Shown here piece by piece: positions 37,332-46,136 of a stretch of 64,000 nucleotides of DNA. The notes beneath the pieces were generated by a model. It ran no database searches. It was not told the origin of the DNA and saw only the letters and a program-made list of their open reading frames with translations. The stretch's first letter is position 1. Each line of letters opens with the position of its first letter. This stretch comes from Thermodesulfobacteriota bacterium. GTDB taxonomy: Bacteria > Desulfobacterota > Syntrophorhabdia > Syntrophorhabdales > JANXAF01. The DNA is taken from contig JANXAF010000009.1 of assembly GCA_025062045.1 (NCBI GenBank), forward strand, positions 426-64,425. Reading direction: 5' to 3'. The translations under genes and the position numbers were made by a program.

Positions 37332-38540
37332 TTGAGGACCATAGAAGAGATAAATGAAAAGATAAAACGGGGTAAGGTCGTCGTTGTGACCGCAGAAGAG
37401 ATGGTTGAACTGGCTAAAGAAAAAGGGGTAAAAAAGGCTTCTCAGATTGTCGATGTTGTGACAACGGGAACCTTCGGTCCCATGTGCAGTACCGGAATGT
37501 TCATAAATCTTGGCCATTCGAGTCCGAGAATTAAACTTGGGGGAGGTAGATGCTTTTTAAATGACGTTCCCGCCTACACAGGTCTTGCGGCAGTCGACAT
37601 ATATATCGGAGCCACGGCTCTTCCTGATGAGGATCCCAGAAACTCAGTGTATCCTGGTCTATTCAGATACGGCGGTGGCCATGTAATAGAAGACTTTGTT
37701 GCGGGAAAAAACATAAAGCTCGTAGGATTTGCATATGGGACCGACTGCTATCCAAGAAGGCGGATAGAGACGTACATAAACAAGGACAACGTGAACGAGG
37801 CTTACCTTTATAATCCGAGGAACTGTTACCAGAACTACAATGTGGCCGTGAACCTCTCGAACCGGATTATCTACACGTATATGGGAGTCCTAAAACCGAA
37901 CATGCAGAATGCGAACTACTGTAGTGCTGGTCAACTGTCTCCTCTACTTAAAGATCCAAATTACAGGACCATAGGCATAGGAACAAAAATATTCTTGGGT
38001 GGAGGAGTAGGGTTCGTTGTATGGCGTGGCACCCAACATAACCCAAATGTTCCGAGGGCGGAAAATGGAACTCCAAAAATGCCCGCTGGTACACTGGCAG
38101 TCATCGGGGATGCAAAGACGATGAACCCCAGGTATCTTAGAGGTGCAAGCTTTTTGGGATATGGTGCAACAATCTTCGTAGGAATAGGAATACCGATTCC
38201 AGTCCTTGACGAAGAGATGGCTTTCTACACATCCAGGGGCGACGACGAACTTTGGACCCAGGTTGTGGATTACGGGACTGACTACCCGGAAAATGTAAAA
38301 AGATCTTTGGGCGAAGTGAGTTACGCAGAGCTCAAATCAGGCGTGATAAAAGTTAACGGCAGAGACGTTCCTGCCTATCCCGTCTCCAGCTATCCTCTGG
38401 CAGTTGAGATAGCTCAGATACTCAAAAAATGGATCGAGGAGGGGAAATTCTATCTCACTAAGCCTGTTGAAAATCTTCCTGGGGTTGGGTCTGACATAAA
38501 AGTTTGTACCCTGGAAGAGGGAAGACTAAATATTCTGTGA
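37332..38540 (+). CDS. DUF39 (COG1900) homocysteine-biosynthesis-type protein
   Basis: N-terminus RTIEEINEKIKRGKVVVVTAEEM, then DVVTTGTFGPMCS and the overall ~400-aa pattern of COG1900 proteins. TTG start with a perfect SD. Confidence 0.75.
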   Translation: MRTIEEINEKIKRGKVVVVTAEEMVELAKEKGVKKASQIVDVVTTGTFGPMCSTGMFINLGHSSPRIKLGGGRCFLNDVPAYTGLAAVDIYIGATALPDEDPRNSVYPGLFRYGGGHVIEDFVAGKNIKLVGFAYGTDCYPRRRIETYINKDNVNEAYLYNPRNCYQNYNVAVNLSNRIIYTYMGVLKPNMQNANYCSAGQLSPLLKDPNYRTIGIGTKIFLGGGVGFVVWRGTQHNPNVPRAENGTPKMPAGTLAVIGDAKTMNPRYLRGASFLGYGATIFVGIGIPIPVLDEEMAFYTSRGDDELWTQVVDYGTDYPENVKRSLGEVSYAELKSGVIKVNGRDVPAYPVSSYPLAVEIAQILKKWIEEGKFYLTKPVENLPGVGSDIKVCTLEEGRLNIL

Positions 38541-38548
38541 GGTGAGCC

Positions 38549-39202
38549 GTGAGAATTTTAGAAGATTTGTACGTTTATCCGTGGATGTCCTTTACCGAAA
38601 ACAACTGTAATACCGTATTTATCGATGGAAAGATTCCTGTTCTTGTCGATCCGGGTCACAAGCATCTTTTCAATCATGTGATCGAGGGTATGGCGAATGA
38701 CGGAAAGGTTGTGGATAGCGTAAAGTTAATCATCTTAACACATGGCCACCCAGACCATTCGGAGGCAGCTGACCTTTTCGGAGACGATGTTATAAAAGCC
38801 ATAAGCTTCGACGAGTTCGAGTACATCTCTAGAGAGGGAAAAGAGCTCTTTCTAGCCTCCGGTTCTCAACTACCGAAAAACAATTGGAAGATATTTTTAA
38901 AAGAAGGTAAGCTTAAAATCGGGGAAAAGACATTTAGAATAATAAGTACACCCGGACATTCTCCTGGCTCTATCTGCATTTACTGGGAGGAGAAACGACT
39001 TTTAATTTCCGGTGATACTGTCTTCTACATGGGTGTGGGAAGGTTTGACCTTCCAGGAGGAGATGAAGGGCTGTTAAAGGAAAGTATTCGTAAGCTTTCC
39101 AAACTTGATGTGGAATATCTTATTCCCGGTCACGGAGAAATACTGGCCGGCGCTAAAGTTATAAAGAAAAACTTCCGGATCATACTTGAGGAATTTTTTT
39201 GA
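38549..39202 (+). CDS. MBL-fold metallo-hydrolase
   Basis: THGHPDH (HxHxDH), TPGHSPGS, GDTVF and PGHG motifs. GTG start. Confidence 0.85.
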   Translation: MRILEDLYVYPWMSFTENNCNTVFIDGKIPVLVDPGHKHLFNHVIEGMANDGKVVDSVKLIILTHGHPDHSEAADLFGDDVIKAISFDEFEYISREGKELFLASGSQLPKNNWKIFLKEGKLKIGEKTFRIISTPGHSPGSICIYWEEKRLLISGDTVFYMGVGRFDLPGGDEGLLKESIRKLSKLDVEYLIPGHGEILAGAKVIKKNFRIILEEFF

Positions 39203-39213
39203 GTGATTATAAT
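39186..39213 (+). promoter_or_regulatory. Putative htpX promoter (TTGAGG - 16 nt - TATAAT)
   Basis: TTGAGG at 39186-39191 and TATAAT at 39208-39213, followed by AAGGAGGG and the ATG at 39244. It lies in the last codons of the MBL gene. Confidence 0.4.
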
Positions 39214-39243
39214 ATGATCAAAAGCGAAAAGGAGGGTTATTAG

Positions 39244-40104
39244 ATGAACCACTTAAAAACATTCATTCTCATGACCGCACTGACGATTCTATTCGTCTTT
39301 GTTGGGAGTCTCATAGGGGGAAAAGAGGGAGCATACATAGCCTTCGCCATAGCTTTGGCAATGAACCTCATAAGCTACTGGTTCTCGGATAGGATCGTTC
39401 TTGCCATGTATGGGGCTAAAGAGGTATCCGAAAGAGAAGCTCCTGAGCTTTATAGAATCGTTTATAATTTGGCGCAGAAGGCAAATATTCCTGTCCCCAG
39501 AGTATACATAATAGAAAACGATAGTCCCAATGCCTTCGCGACAGGAAGGAACCCAGCAAATGGGGTTGTGGCTGTTACAACTGGCATACTGAGACTCCTA
39601 AATAGGGACGAACTCGAAGGAGTCCTCGCCCATGAGATCTCACATATAAAGCACAGGGATATTCTTGTTCAGACCATAGCGGCAACATTGGCCGGTGCTA
39701 TTACCATGCTTGCTAATTTCGCGAGATTCACGGTGTTTTTCGGAGGCCGACCGTCTGAGGAAGAAGAAGGTGGAGGCGCTGGGAACGTTTTAGCACTCAT
39801 AATCTTTTCAGTGATTGCAGCTTTCGCGGCCATGCTGATTCAGCTTGCAATCTCAAGATCGAGGGAATACTTAGCAGACGAAGGAGGAGCCAGGCTCTGT
39901 GGTAATCCGCTTTATCTCGCCTCTGCTTTGAGAAAGCTCGCTTTGGGAGTAGCAAGGGTCCCAATGGTCGATGCAAATCCATCGACAGCCCCCATGTTCA
40001 TTGTTAACCCGTTACGGGGTGAGGCAATTCTCGCTCTTTTTAGCACGCATCCACCCATTGAAGAAAGGATAAGAAGACTGGAGGCCATGGCCTATCTCAG
40101 GTAA
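39244..40104 (+). CDS. htpX: Zinc metalloprotease HtpX (M48 family)
   Basis: [10 protein letters not shown] zinc motif, four TM segments, [10 protein letters not shown]-terminal [10 protein letters not shown]. Confidence 0.93.
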   Translation: MNHLKTFILMTALTILFVFVGSLIGGKEGAYIAFAIALAMNLISYWFSDRIVLAMYGAKEVSEREAPELYRIVYNLAQKANIPVPRVYIIENDSPNAFATGRNPANGVVAVTTGILRLLNRDELEGVLAHEISHIKHRDILVQTIAATLAGAITMLANFARFTVFFGGRPSEEEEGGGAGNVLALIIFSVIAAFAAMLIQLAISRSREYLADEGGARLCGNPLYLASALRKLALGVARVPMVDANPSTAPMFIVNPLRGEAILALFSTHPPIEERIRRLEAMAYLR

Positions 40105-40105
40105 T

Positions 40106-41359
40106 GGTCAGTCTCTTCCAAGGGACGAGCTAATCCGGATCATACAAAGGGTTGAAAAGGGATCTTTTCTGGATCAAGAGCTAGATAGTTATTTTTCCCG
40201 AAGTATTACTGACCAGTCGAAAAAATCCTTAATATACGACATAGCTGCGGGTGTTGTAAGGTGGAGACTTTATCTTGAGTGGTTAATTTCACTGTACGTC
40301 AAAAAAAGGACAAAGAAACAGTTAGAAATCCTCTTAAAGATAGCCCTTTATCAGCTCGAGTTCATGAGGAAACCATTCTATCACGTCATAAATGAGACGG
40401 TTTCCTTTGCAAAGTCGAAATGGGGGGATGAGATTGGAAACTTCGTAAATGCGGTTCTGAGAAACCACATGCGTACGAAGGACAGTTTGAATCCCCCTAA
40501 TCTCTCGATAAAGTATTCATTTCCCGGATGGCTGGTTGCAAGGTGGGAGAAGAGGTTTAAGGAAGAGACGGCAACACTCCTTTTTTGTCTCAATAGACCT
40601 CTTAGGTTCGGTCTCAGGATAAACACAAAGCTCATATCTCAGAAAGAGGCCATTGATCTTTTGAACAGAAAAGGCATTTCCGTTGAGAAAGGTAAATATC
40701 TTAACTACGCTCTATACACAAAAAAGCTTATGCCCCTTCTTCAGGATGACCTTTTCAAGGAAGGGTTCATCTATGTTCAGGACGAGGCTTCCCAGCTTTC
40801 AGTGGAAGCAATGAATTTGGCCGGTGGGGAGCTTGTACTCGATGCGTGTTGTGGTTACGGCACAAAGACGAGACAAATTTTAGACTTATGGGGAAGCCGG
40901 TGTAAAGTGGTATGTATCGATAAGTCTAGAAACAAAGTGAAAAAAGTTTCAGATCGCGCACTCCGCGTAGTGGGAGATATTCTTGCCTTACCATTTAAAC
41001 AGAATCTCTTTGACTCCATTCTTCTTGACGCTCCTTGTTCTTCTCTTGGAATCATTCACAAGCATCCGGAAATAAAGTGGCGTGTAGAAGAAGAAGACAT
41101 TCAAAGATTAGCGGAAATTCAGCTTTCCCTCCTTGAGGCCCTCTGGGAAACACTAAAACCGGGAGGGAGTCTCGTATACAGTGTTTGCTCTTTCGAACCT
41201 GAAGAGACTTTTTGGGTTATAGAAAAGTTTCAGAAAAAATTAAATGCTAAACTTGTGAGGGCTCTTCCTTTTACGGAAGAACCATACTTCATATCTATAC
41301 CCCATAAAAGCGGGATGGATGGTTTTTTCATTGCAAAGTTCAAAAAGATATGCGCTTAA
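40106..41359 (+). CDS. rsmB: 16S rRNA (cytosine967-C5)-methyltransferase RsmB (start codon unresolved; possible frameshift)
   Basis: NusB-like N-domain (LIRIIQRVEKGSFLDQELDSYF...DIAAGVVRWRLYLEWLIS) is in frame with the catalytic domain (DACCGYGTKT, LDAPCSSLGIIHKHPEIKW, VYSVCSF). The frame is open from 40073, but there is no ATG, GTG or TTG before 40364. See findings. Confidence 0.8.
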   Translation, partial: GQSLPRDELIRIIQRVEKGSFLDQELDSYFSRSITDQSKKSLIYDIAAGVVRWRLYLEWLISLYVKKRTKKQLEILLKIALYQLEFMRKPFYHVINETVSFAKSKWGDEIGNFVNAVLRNHMRTKDSLNPPNLSIKYSFPGWLVARWEKRFKEETATLLFCLNRPLRFGLRINTKLISQKEAIDLLNRKGISVEKGKYLNYALYTKKLMPLLQDDLFKEGFIYVQDEASQLSVEAMNLAGGELVLDACCGYGTKTRQILDLWGSRCKVVCIDKSRNKVKKVSDRALRVVGDILALPFKQNLFDSILLDAPCSSLGIIHKHPEIKWRVEEEDIQRLAEIQLSLLEALWETLKPGGSLVYSVCSFEPEETFWVIEKFQKKLNAKLVRALPFTEEPYFISIPHKSGMDGFFIAKFKKICA

Positions 41360-42051
41360 AGGTGTTCCTGTATCTTATTGCCTTCTTTTCTATTTTCGCT
41401 ATTTCCGTGTATCTAACAACGGGTATCCTTTTAAAATCGAAGAGGGAAGTTCTGTGCCCCGAGGTTCGAGGCCTTTATGTTTCTGAGGCAGAAAAAATCC
41501 TTGAAGATTTGGGTCTTATACTTGAGGTCTCCAAGTACGAAAAAAGGGACGATGTGGAAAGAGGGGTAATTGTGCGCCAAAGACCAGAACCGAACGTTCC
41601 GGTTAAGCTCGGAAGGAAGGTTTATGTCACCATCTCACTGGGACCTGAGCTCATATCAGTACCGGATTTGAGAGGCCTCTTTTTAGATGCTGCCGAAAAT
41701 GTACTCAAAGATAACAAACTGAGTCTTTTAAGGGTGATTTTTGTGCCTAGCCATAAAGACGGTAAAGTGGTAGCTCAGATACCGGCGTACGGAGAAAAAA
41801 TTAAGGAAAAAGGTGGGGTTGTCTTGATTGTGGGCAAAAGGCCTGACGATTTTTTCGTTGTACCTGATCTTAAAAGCTCCACGTTGGATGAACTCCTGGA
41901 CGAACTTGATTCCAAAAAAATAGCTTTTAAAGTGGTCTCAATTAACGGAGATTCATTAGACGCAAGATGTACAATCACTAGCGAAAAAAAAGCAGGCTCC
42001 ATATTGAGGCCAGGTGAGGTTTTAACATTTAATGTCAAATGTGGAGGCTGA
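41350..42051 (+). CDS. Membrane-anchored protein with three PASTA-like repeats and no kinase or transpeptidase domain
   Basis: N-terminal TM (VFLYLIAFFSIFAISVYLTTGIL), then three ~65-aa repeats starting CPEVRGLYVSEAEKILEDLGL, VPDLRGLFLDAAENVLKDNKL and VPDLKSSTLDELLDELDSKKI. Confidence 0.75.
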   Translation: MRLKVFLYLIAFFSIFAISVYLTTGILLKSKREVLCPEVRGLYVSEAEKILEDLGLILEVSKYEKRDDVERGVIVRQRPEPNVPVKLGRKVYVTISLGPELISVPDLRGLFLDAAENVLKDNKLSLLRVIFVPSHKDGKVVAQIPAYGEKIKEKGGVVLIVGKRPDDFFVVPDLKSSTLDELLDELDSKKIAFKVVSINGDSLDARCTITSEKKAGSILRPGEVLTFNVKCGG

Positions 42052-42052
42052 G

Positions 42053-42715
42053 ATGCAAGGGGTACTTATTGCAGCATCTTTGCTTTCCTGCGATTTTTTG
42101 AATCTAGAAAAGGAAATCCGACAAGTGGACGAGGCAGGGTGCGATATCATCCATGTGGATGTTATGGATGGCCATTTTGTTCCAAATCTCACCATCGGAC
42201 CAATGATCGTGGAAGCCATAAGGAAAGTGACGAAAAAACCTTTGGACTGTCATCTTATGGTGAAGAACCCCGCATCGATGGTTCGGGATTTCATTGAGGC
42301 CGGTGCTGACATAGTAACGGTCCATATAGAGGCAGAGGAGCACATTCTGCGGACGATCGATTTTATCAAAAAGGCTGGCAAAAAGGCGGGTGTCACATTA
42401 AATCCTGGAACTAGTCTCTCTTTGGTTGAAGAGGTCATTCCTTATATAGACCTTCTTCTTATCATGACAGTAAATCCGGGTTTTGGCGGCCAGACATTTA
42501 TACCCTCCATGTACGAGAAGATAAGAAGGGCTAAATCCATGATAAGAGAAAAAAAGGAAGAAGTCCTCCTCGAAGTGGACGGGGGGGTCAAGGCTTCCAA
42601 CGCGAAACTCCTTGTTGAATTGGGAGCAGACATACTCGTTATGGGTACAGAGATCTTTAAAAGCAAAGACTATAAAAAGAAGATAGAGGAGATAAGAGAG
42701 ATTGTGGCAAAGTAA
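42053..42715 (+). CDS. rpe: Ribulose-phosphate 3-epimerase
   Basis: IAASLLSCDFLNLEKEI, HVDVMDGHFVPNLTIGP, MTVNPGFGGQ and VDGGV. The ATG at 42053 is preferred: GGAGG lies 5 nt upstream and it starts just after the PASTA gene stop. The longest ORF begins at 42032. Confidence 0.92.
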   Translation: MQGVLIAASLLSCDFLNLEKEIRQVDEAGCDIIHVDVMDGHFVPNLTIGPMIVEAIRKVTKKPLDCHLMVKNPASMVRDFIEAGADIVTVHIEAEEHILRTIDFIKKAGKKAGVTLNPGTSLSLVEEVIPYIDLLLIMTVNPGFGGQTFIPSMYEKIRRAKSMIREKKEEVLLEVDGGVKASNAKLLVELGADILVMGTEIFKSKDYKKKIEEIREIVAK

Positions 42716-43334
42716 AAGGCAAAAAAAATTAGCTCAAAAAAAGGAGCTTGAGACTCTAAGAAGGGAGATTCAAAAAGAAGAACTAGAAAAGCTCCTTCCA
42801 AAGACGAACCTCAAATACGAAAAAGACAAAACCTTACTTGTAGAAATACCTTTTCTCAGTGAGAAAGTAGCAGTAGAAATACCGTCTTTACTATTCAAAA
42901 AAGAAGGAACACGAACTATGGAAATGCCTTCAAAGATAATCCTCCTTAAATATCTTAAAAATTTAGGAGCCTTGGTTAGCCTATGCGAATTATCAAACTT
43001 GAGAAAACTGACCTTTTTTAACGAGGGAGTGAAAAGAAGCGTTGAAAAGGCATTCGGTAACGATCTAGATCTTTTTATAAAATGTGCCCTGTCTCTCGGT
43101 GGCCAAATCTCAAAAGATCCTTGGCATTTTGTCACTTTTTCAGTACTACCGGGTGTAAAACTCCTTATGAGGCTATCCGAGGCAAATGAGGAAAAACCGG
43201 CAAACTTGGAAGTCTACGTCCCAGAGACACTCTTTGGCATTTTTTCACCCGAAGAAATCAACTATTTGGCGAAGTACACTTTAAGGAAGCTCTTAAAAGA
43301 GGGGAAAAGGCTTGTATCAGAAGACTCTTTTTAG
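42702..43334 (+). CDS. Hypothetical protein (possibly DUF3786-like)
   Basis: 210-aa ORF with a TTG start overlapping the rpe 3' end, a basic coiled N-terminus and no motif I can assign confidently. Its 3' end overlaps the convergent acyl-CoA dehydrogenase gene by 18 nt. Confidence 0.45.
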   Translation: MWQSKRQKKLAQKKELETLRREIQKEELEKLLPKTNLKYEKDKTLLVEIPFLSEKVAVEIPSLLFKKEGTRTMEMPSKIILLKYLKNLGALVSLCELSNLRKLTFFNEGVKRSVEKAFGNDLDLFIKCALSLGGQISKDPWHFVTFSVLPGVKLLMRLSEANEEKPANLEVYVPETLFGIFSPEEINYLAKYTLRKLLKEGKRLVSEDSF

Positions 43335-44468
43335 GAGTTCTCTCGCTATTATCGCCTTTTCCACCTCTTTTGAACCCTCGTATATCTCAACTATCTTTGC
43401 GTCTCTATAGAAGCGCTGGATGTCGTAATCTGCGATGTAACCGTAACCGCCGTGCAACTGGAGGGCCTCATTTGTGACATACACACCCACTTCCCCACCG
43501 TACCACTTTGCCATCGATATTAGCATGGGGTCGATCTTTCCGTGGTCAAGAAGATACGCCGCTCTCCAATAAAGACATCTTGCAGCCTCTATTTTTGTCG
43601 CCATCTCGGCGAGCTTAAACTGAACACCCTGAAGTTCAGCCAAAGTCTTGCCAAATGCTTTTCTTCTCTTTACATGATTTATGGCCATTTCCAAAGCTCC
43701 CTGCGCAACCCCAACACCTTGAGCCGCAACGTGTAGTCTTGTTCTATTGAAGAAGTCCATAAGCTGGTAGAATCCATAGCCCTCCTTACCGATAAGATTC
43801 GTCACTGGCACCTCCACATCCGTAAGCTTTATTTCGGCTGTATTTGAAGCCCTGATCCCCAACTTACCTTTGATCTTTTGGGCCTCAAATCCCTTTCTTT
43901 CTGTCTCCACAAGTATTACACTGAACCTTCTGTGAGGGTCCTTTTCTTCCGCCTGGGTAATGCAGAAAATAAGGATGTAATTGGCAACGCACCCATTCGT
44001 TATGAACATTTTAGTCCCATTTATTATGTACCTGTCACCCCGTTTTTCTGCCCTCGTTTTTATCGACACCACGTCGCTACCAGCGTCCGGCTCTGTTATA
44101 CCGAATCCCATAATCGCATCCCCTCTGACGAGCGGAGGAAGATACGTTCGCTTTTGTTCTTCTGTCCCATACTGCTGTATCATCTCCGCCCCGAACGTAC
44201 AAGACAAAATCGCCTGACCACAGCCCGGGTCCACCCTCCAAAACTCCTCCGTTATCAGAGAATGTTCAAGAAAGCCAAGTCCGTGGCCACCGTATTCTTC
44301 TTTAATGAAAGTTCCAACGAATCCATGTTCACACGCTTTCTTATGAAGTGAAAAATCAAACTCTTCTGTTTCATCAAAATACTTTGCTTTTTCTTTGAAC
44401 TCCCCCTCAGCAAATTCTCTTGCTGCTTTTTTTATGTCTTTTTGCAGATCAGTAAGATCCATGAGCAT
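43317..44468 (-). CDS. Acyl-CoA dehydrogenase (short/medium-chain type)
   Basis: GFGITEPDAGSD, KMFITNG, QLHGGYGY and IYEGSKEV are typical ACAD motifs. 383 aa. Confidence 0.9.
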   Translation of the reverse strand: MLMDLTDLQKDIKKAAREFAEGEFKEKAKYFDETEEFDFSLHKKACEHGFVGTFIKEEYGGHGLGFLEHSLITEEFWRVDPGCGQAILSCTFGAEMIQQYGTEEQKRTYLPPLVRGDAIMGFGITEPDAGSDVVSIKTRAEKRGDRYIINGTKMFITNGCVANYILIFCITQAEEKDPHRRFSVILVETERKGFEAQKIKGKLGIRASNTAEIKLTDVEVPVTNLIGKEGYGFYQLMDFFNRTRLHVAAQGVGVAQGALEMAINHVKRRKAFGKTLAELQGVQFKLAEMATKIEAARCLYWRAAYLLDHGKIDPMLISMAKWYGGEVGVYVTNEALQLHGGYGYIADYDIQRFYRDAKIVEIYEGSKEVEKAIIARELLKRVF

Positions 44469-44478
44469 CCCTCCGGAA

Positions 44479-45567
44479 TCAAGCGTGAAATTTTATGTGC
44501 AAAATGTCACCATCTTTTACTACGTAGTCTCTTCCCTCTATATGGACATAACCTTTTTCTTTAGCCTCCTTTTCTGATCCGGTTTTTAAAAAATCTTCGT
44601 ACGATAGAACCTCAGCCTTTATAAATCCTCTTTCCATGTCTGAATGGATCTTTCTTGCCGCCTCAGAGCAACGTGTTCCTTGTCTTACAGCCCATGCCCT
44701 CACTTCCTTTCCCACAATCGTATAAAAAGTGATGAGTCCCAGTACACTATAAGCGGTCCTTATTATTTTTAGGGCTCCTACTTCTTTAAGTCCGTACATC
44801 TCCATGTACACTTTCTTTTCGTCTTTGGGTAATGAGGCTAGTTCTTCTTCAAGCCTTCCACATATGTAAACCACGGTTGTTCCCCTTTTTTTTGCGTAAG
44901 CTTCCAGTTCGTCAAAAGGAGTAAAGTTTAGAGAATCCTCATCTATGTTCGCAACGTAAAAGAATGGTTTGGAACTCAAAAGATTTAAGGGTTTGAGAAT
45001 CGACAATTCCTCTTCGTCAAAGTTGGACATGTCTATGAAGGTATTACGCTCAAGCAAGGACTTTACTCTCAATAGAAGGGTCATTTCTTTTTTCTGTTTC
45101 TCACCAGAGATCTTTGAAATCCGCTCCAGTTTTCTTATTCTATCCTCTATAACTTCCAGGTCCGAAATCACTAGTTCCGTTTCTACTATCTCGATGTCTC
45201 TTATGGGGTCTACGCTTCCATACATATGCGTCACATCTTTCCTGTGGAAGCACCTTACCACATGGGCCAAAGCATCGACGCTTCTTATATGAGACAGAAA
45301 TTTATTTCCCAGGCCTTCCCCCTTATGGGCATCCTTTATCAGACCTGCCACGTCAAAGAATTCCATCGTTGTGGCTGTTACTCGTTCAGGTTTTAAAATG
45401 GAGGCAAGCTTATCTAATCTCTCATCGGGTACAGACACTATACCAACATTTGGCTCAATGGTGCAGAAAGGATACGGCTCGTTAGGAGCAGAAAGACCCG
45501 TAATCGCGTTAAATATTGTTGTCTTTCCAGAATTTGGCAATCCGATTATACCGCACGTAACTCCCAT
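44479..45567 (-). CDS. ychF: Redox-regulated ribosome-binding ATPase YchF
   Basis: GIIGLPNSGKTTIFNA P-loop, FFDVAGL, and a C-terminal TGS-like domain (RAWAVRQGTRCSEAARKIHSDMERGFIKAEV). Confidence 0.93.
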   Translation of the reverse strand: MGVTCGIIGLPNSGKTTIFNAITGLSAPNEPYPFCTIEPNVGIVSVPDERLDKLASILKPERVTATTMEFFDVAGLIKDAHKGEGLGNKFLSHIRSVDALAHVVRCFHRKDVTHMYGSVDPIRDIEIVETELVISDLEVIEDRIRKLERISKISGEKQKKEMTLLLRVKSLLERNTFIDMSNFDEEELSILKPLNLLSSKPFFYVANIDEDSLNFTPFDELEAYAKKRGTTVVYICGRLEEELASLPKDEKKVYMEMYGLKEVGALKIIRTAYSVLGLITFYTIVGKEVRAWAVRQGTRCSEAARKIHSDMERGFIKAEVLSYEDFLKTGSEKEAKEKGYVHIEGRDYVVKDGDILHIKFHA

Positions 45568-45571
45568 TTTC

Positions 45572-46129
45572 TCATATACTCCATTTTCTGTTAAATATGC
45601 TCATGGCCTTTGCCCTTCCCTCCCTTATTACAGTTTCAACTGCCATGGCTGCCCTTTCTAGTATCTCCGGGAGGATCTTCCTTTCCTCCTCCGTGAAGGG
45701 GGAAAGCACGTACTCTTCTGGAGGCTCATTTTTAGGCCTCCCGATGCCCACTTTTACTCTTAGAAATTCTTTTGTGCCGATATGTTCTATAACTGACCTG
45801 ACCCCCCTGTGTCCTCCATCCCCTCCATCCCATTTTATTTTAAGTTCACCGAACTTTAGGTCCATATCGTCATGAACCAAAACTAGACTTTCATTCGTTA
45901 AACCTAACTTCCTAAGGAGACGCACAATCGGTCCCCCTGAAAGGTTCATAAAGCTTTGAGGTTTGGCAAGTATTACTTCATCGGAAATCCCGATGAGGCA
46001 AGATTCAAGGACTCTATCGAGAGACACTTTGAATTTTTCTGAAAGTTTTTCGATCACGAAGTATCCGGTATTATGCCTGGTATTTCTTAGGGTTAAATCA
46101 CTATTTCCCAGCCCGCATACCAAAAGCAC
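45572..46129 (-). CDS. pth: Peptidyl-tRNA hydrolase
   Basis: LLVCGLGN...RHNTGY, PQSFMNLSG and GGHRGVRS motifs. 185 aa. Confidence 0.93.
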   Translation of the reverse strand: MLLVCGLGNSDLTLRNTRHNTGYFVIEKLSEKFKVSLDRVLESCLIGISDEVILAKPQSFMNLSGGPIVRLLRKLGLTNESLVLVHDDMDLKFGELKIKWDGGDGGHRGVRSVIEHIGTKEFLRVKVGIGRPKNEPPEEYVLSPFTEEERKILPEILERAAMAVETVIREGRAKAMSIFNRKWSI

Positions 46130-46136
46130 AAAAAAA

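Noticed and set aside
40104-40133. Nine-codon ORF (MVSLFQGTS) starting at the TAATG overlap with htpX
   Set aside because: It is not a credible gene by itself. I interpret it as the displaced start of rsmB (see the finding on 40073-40363) rather than as a leader peptide.
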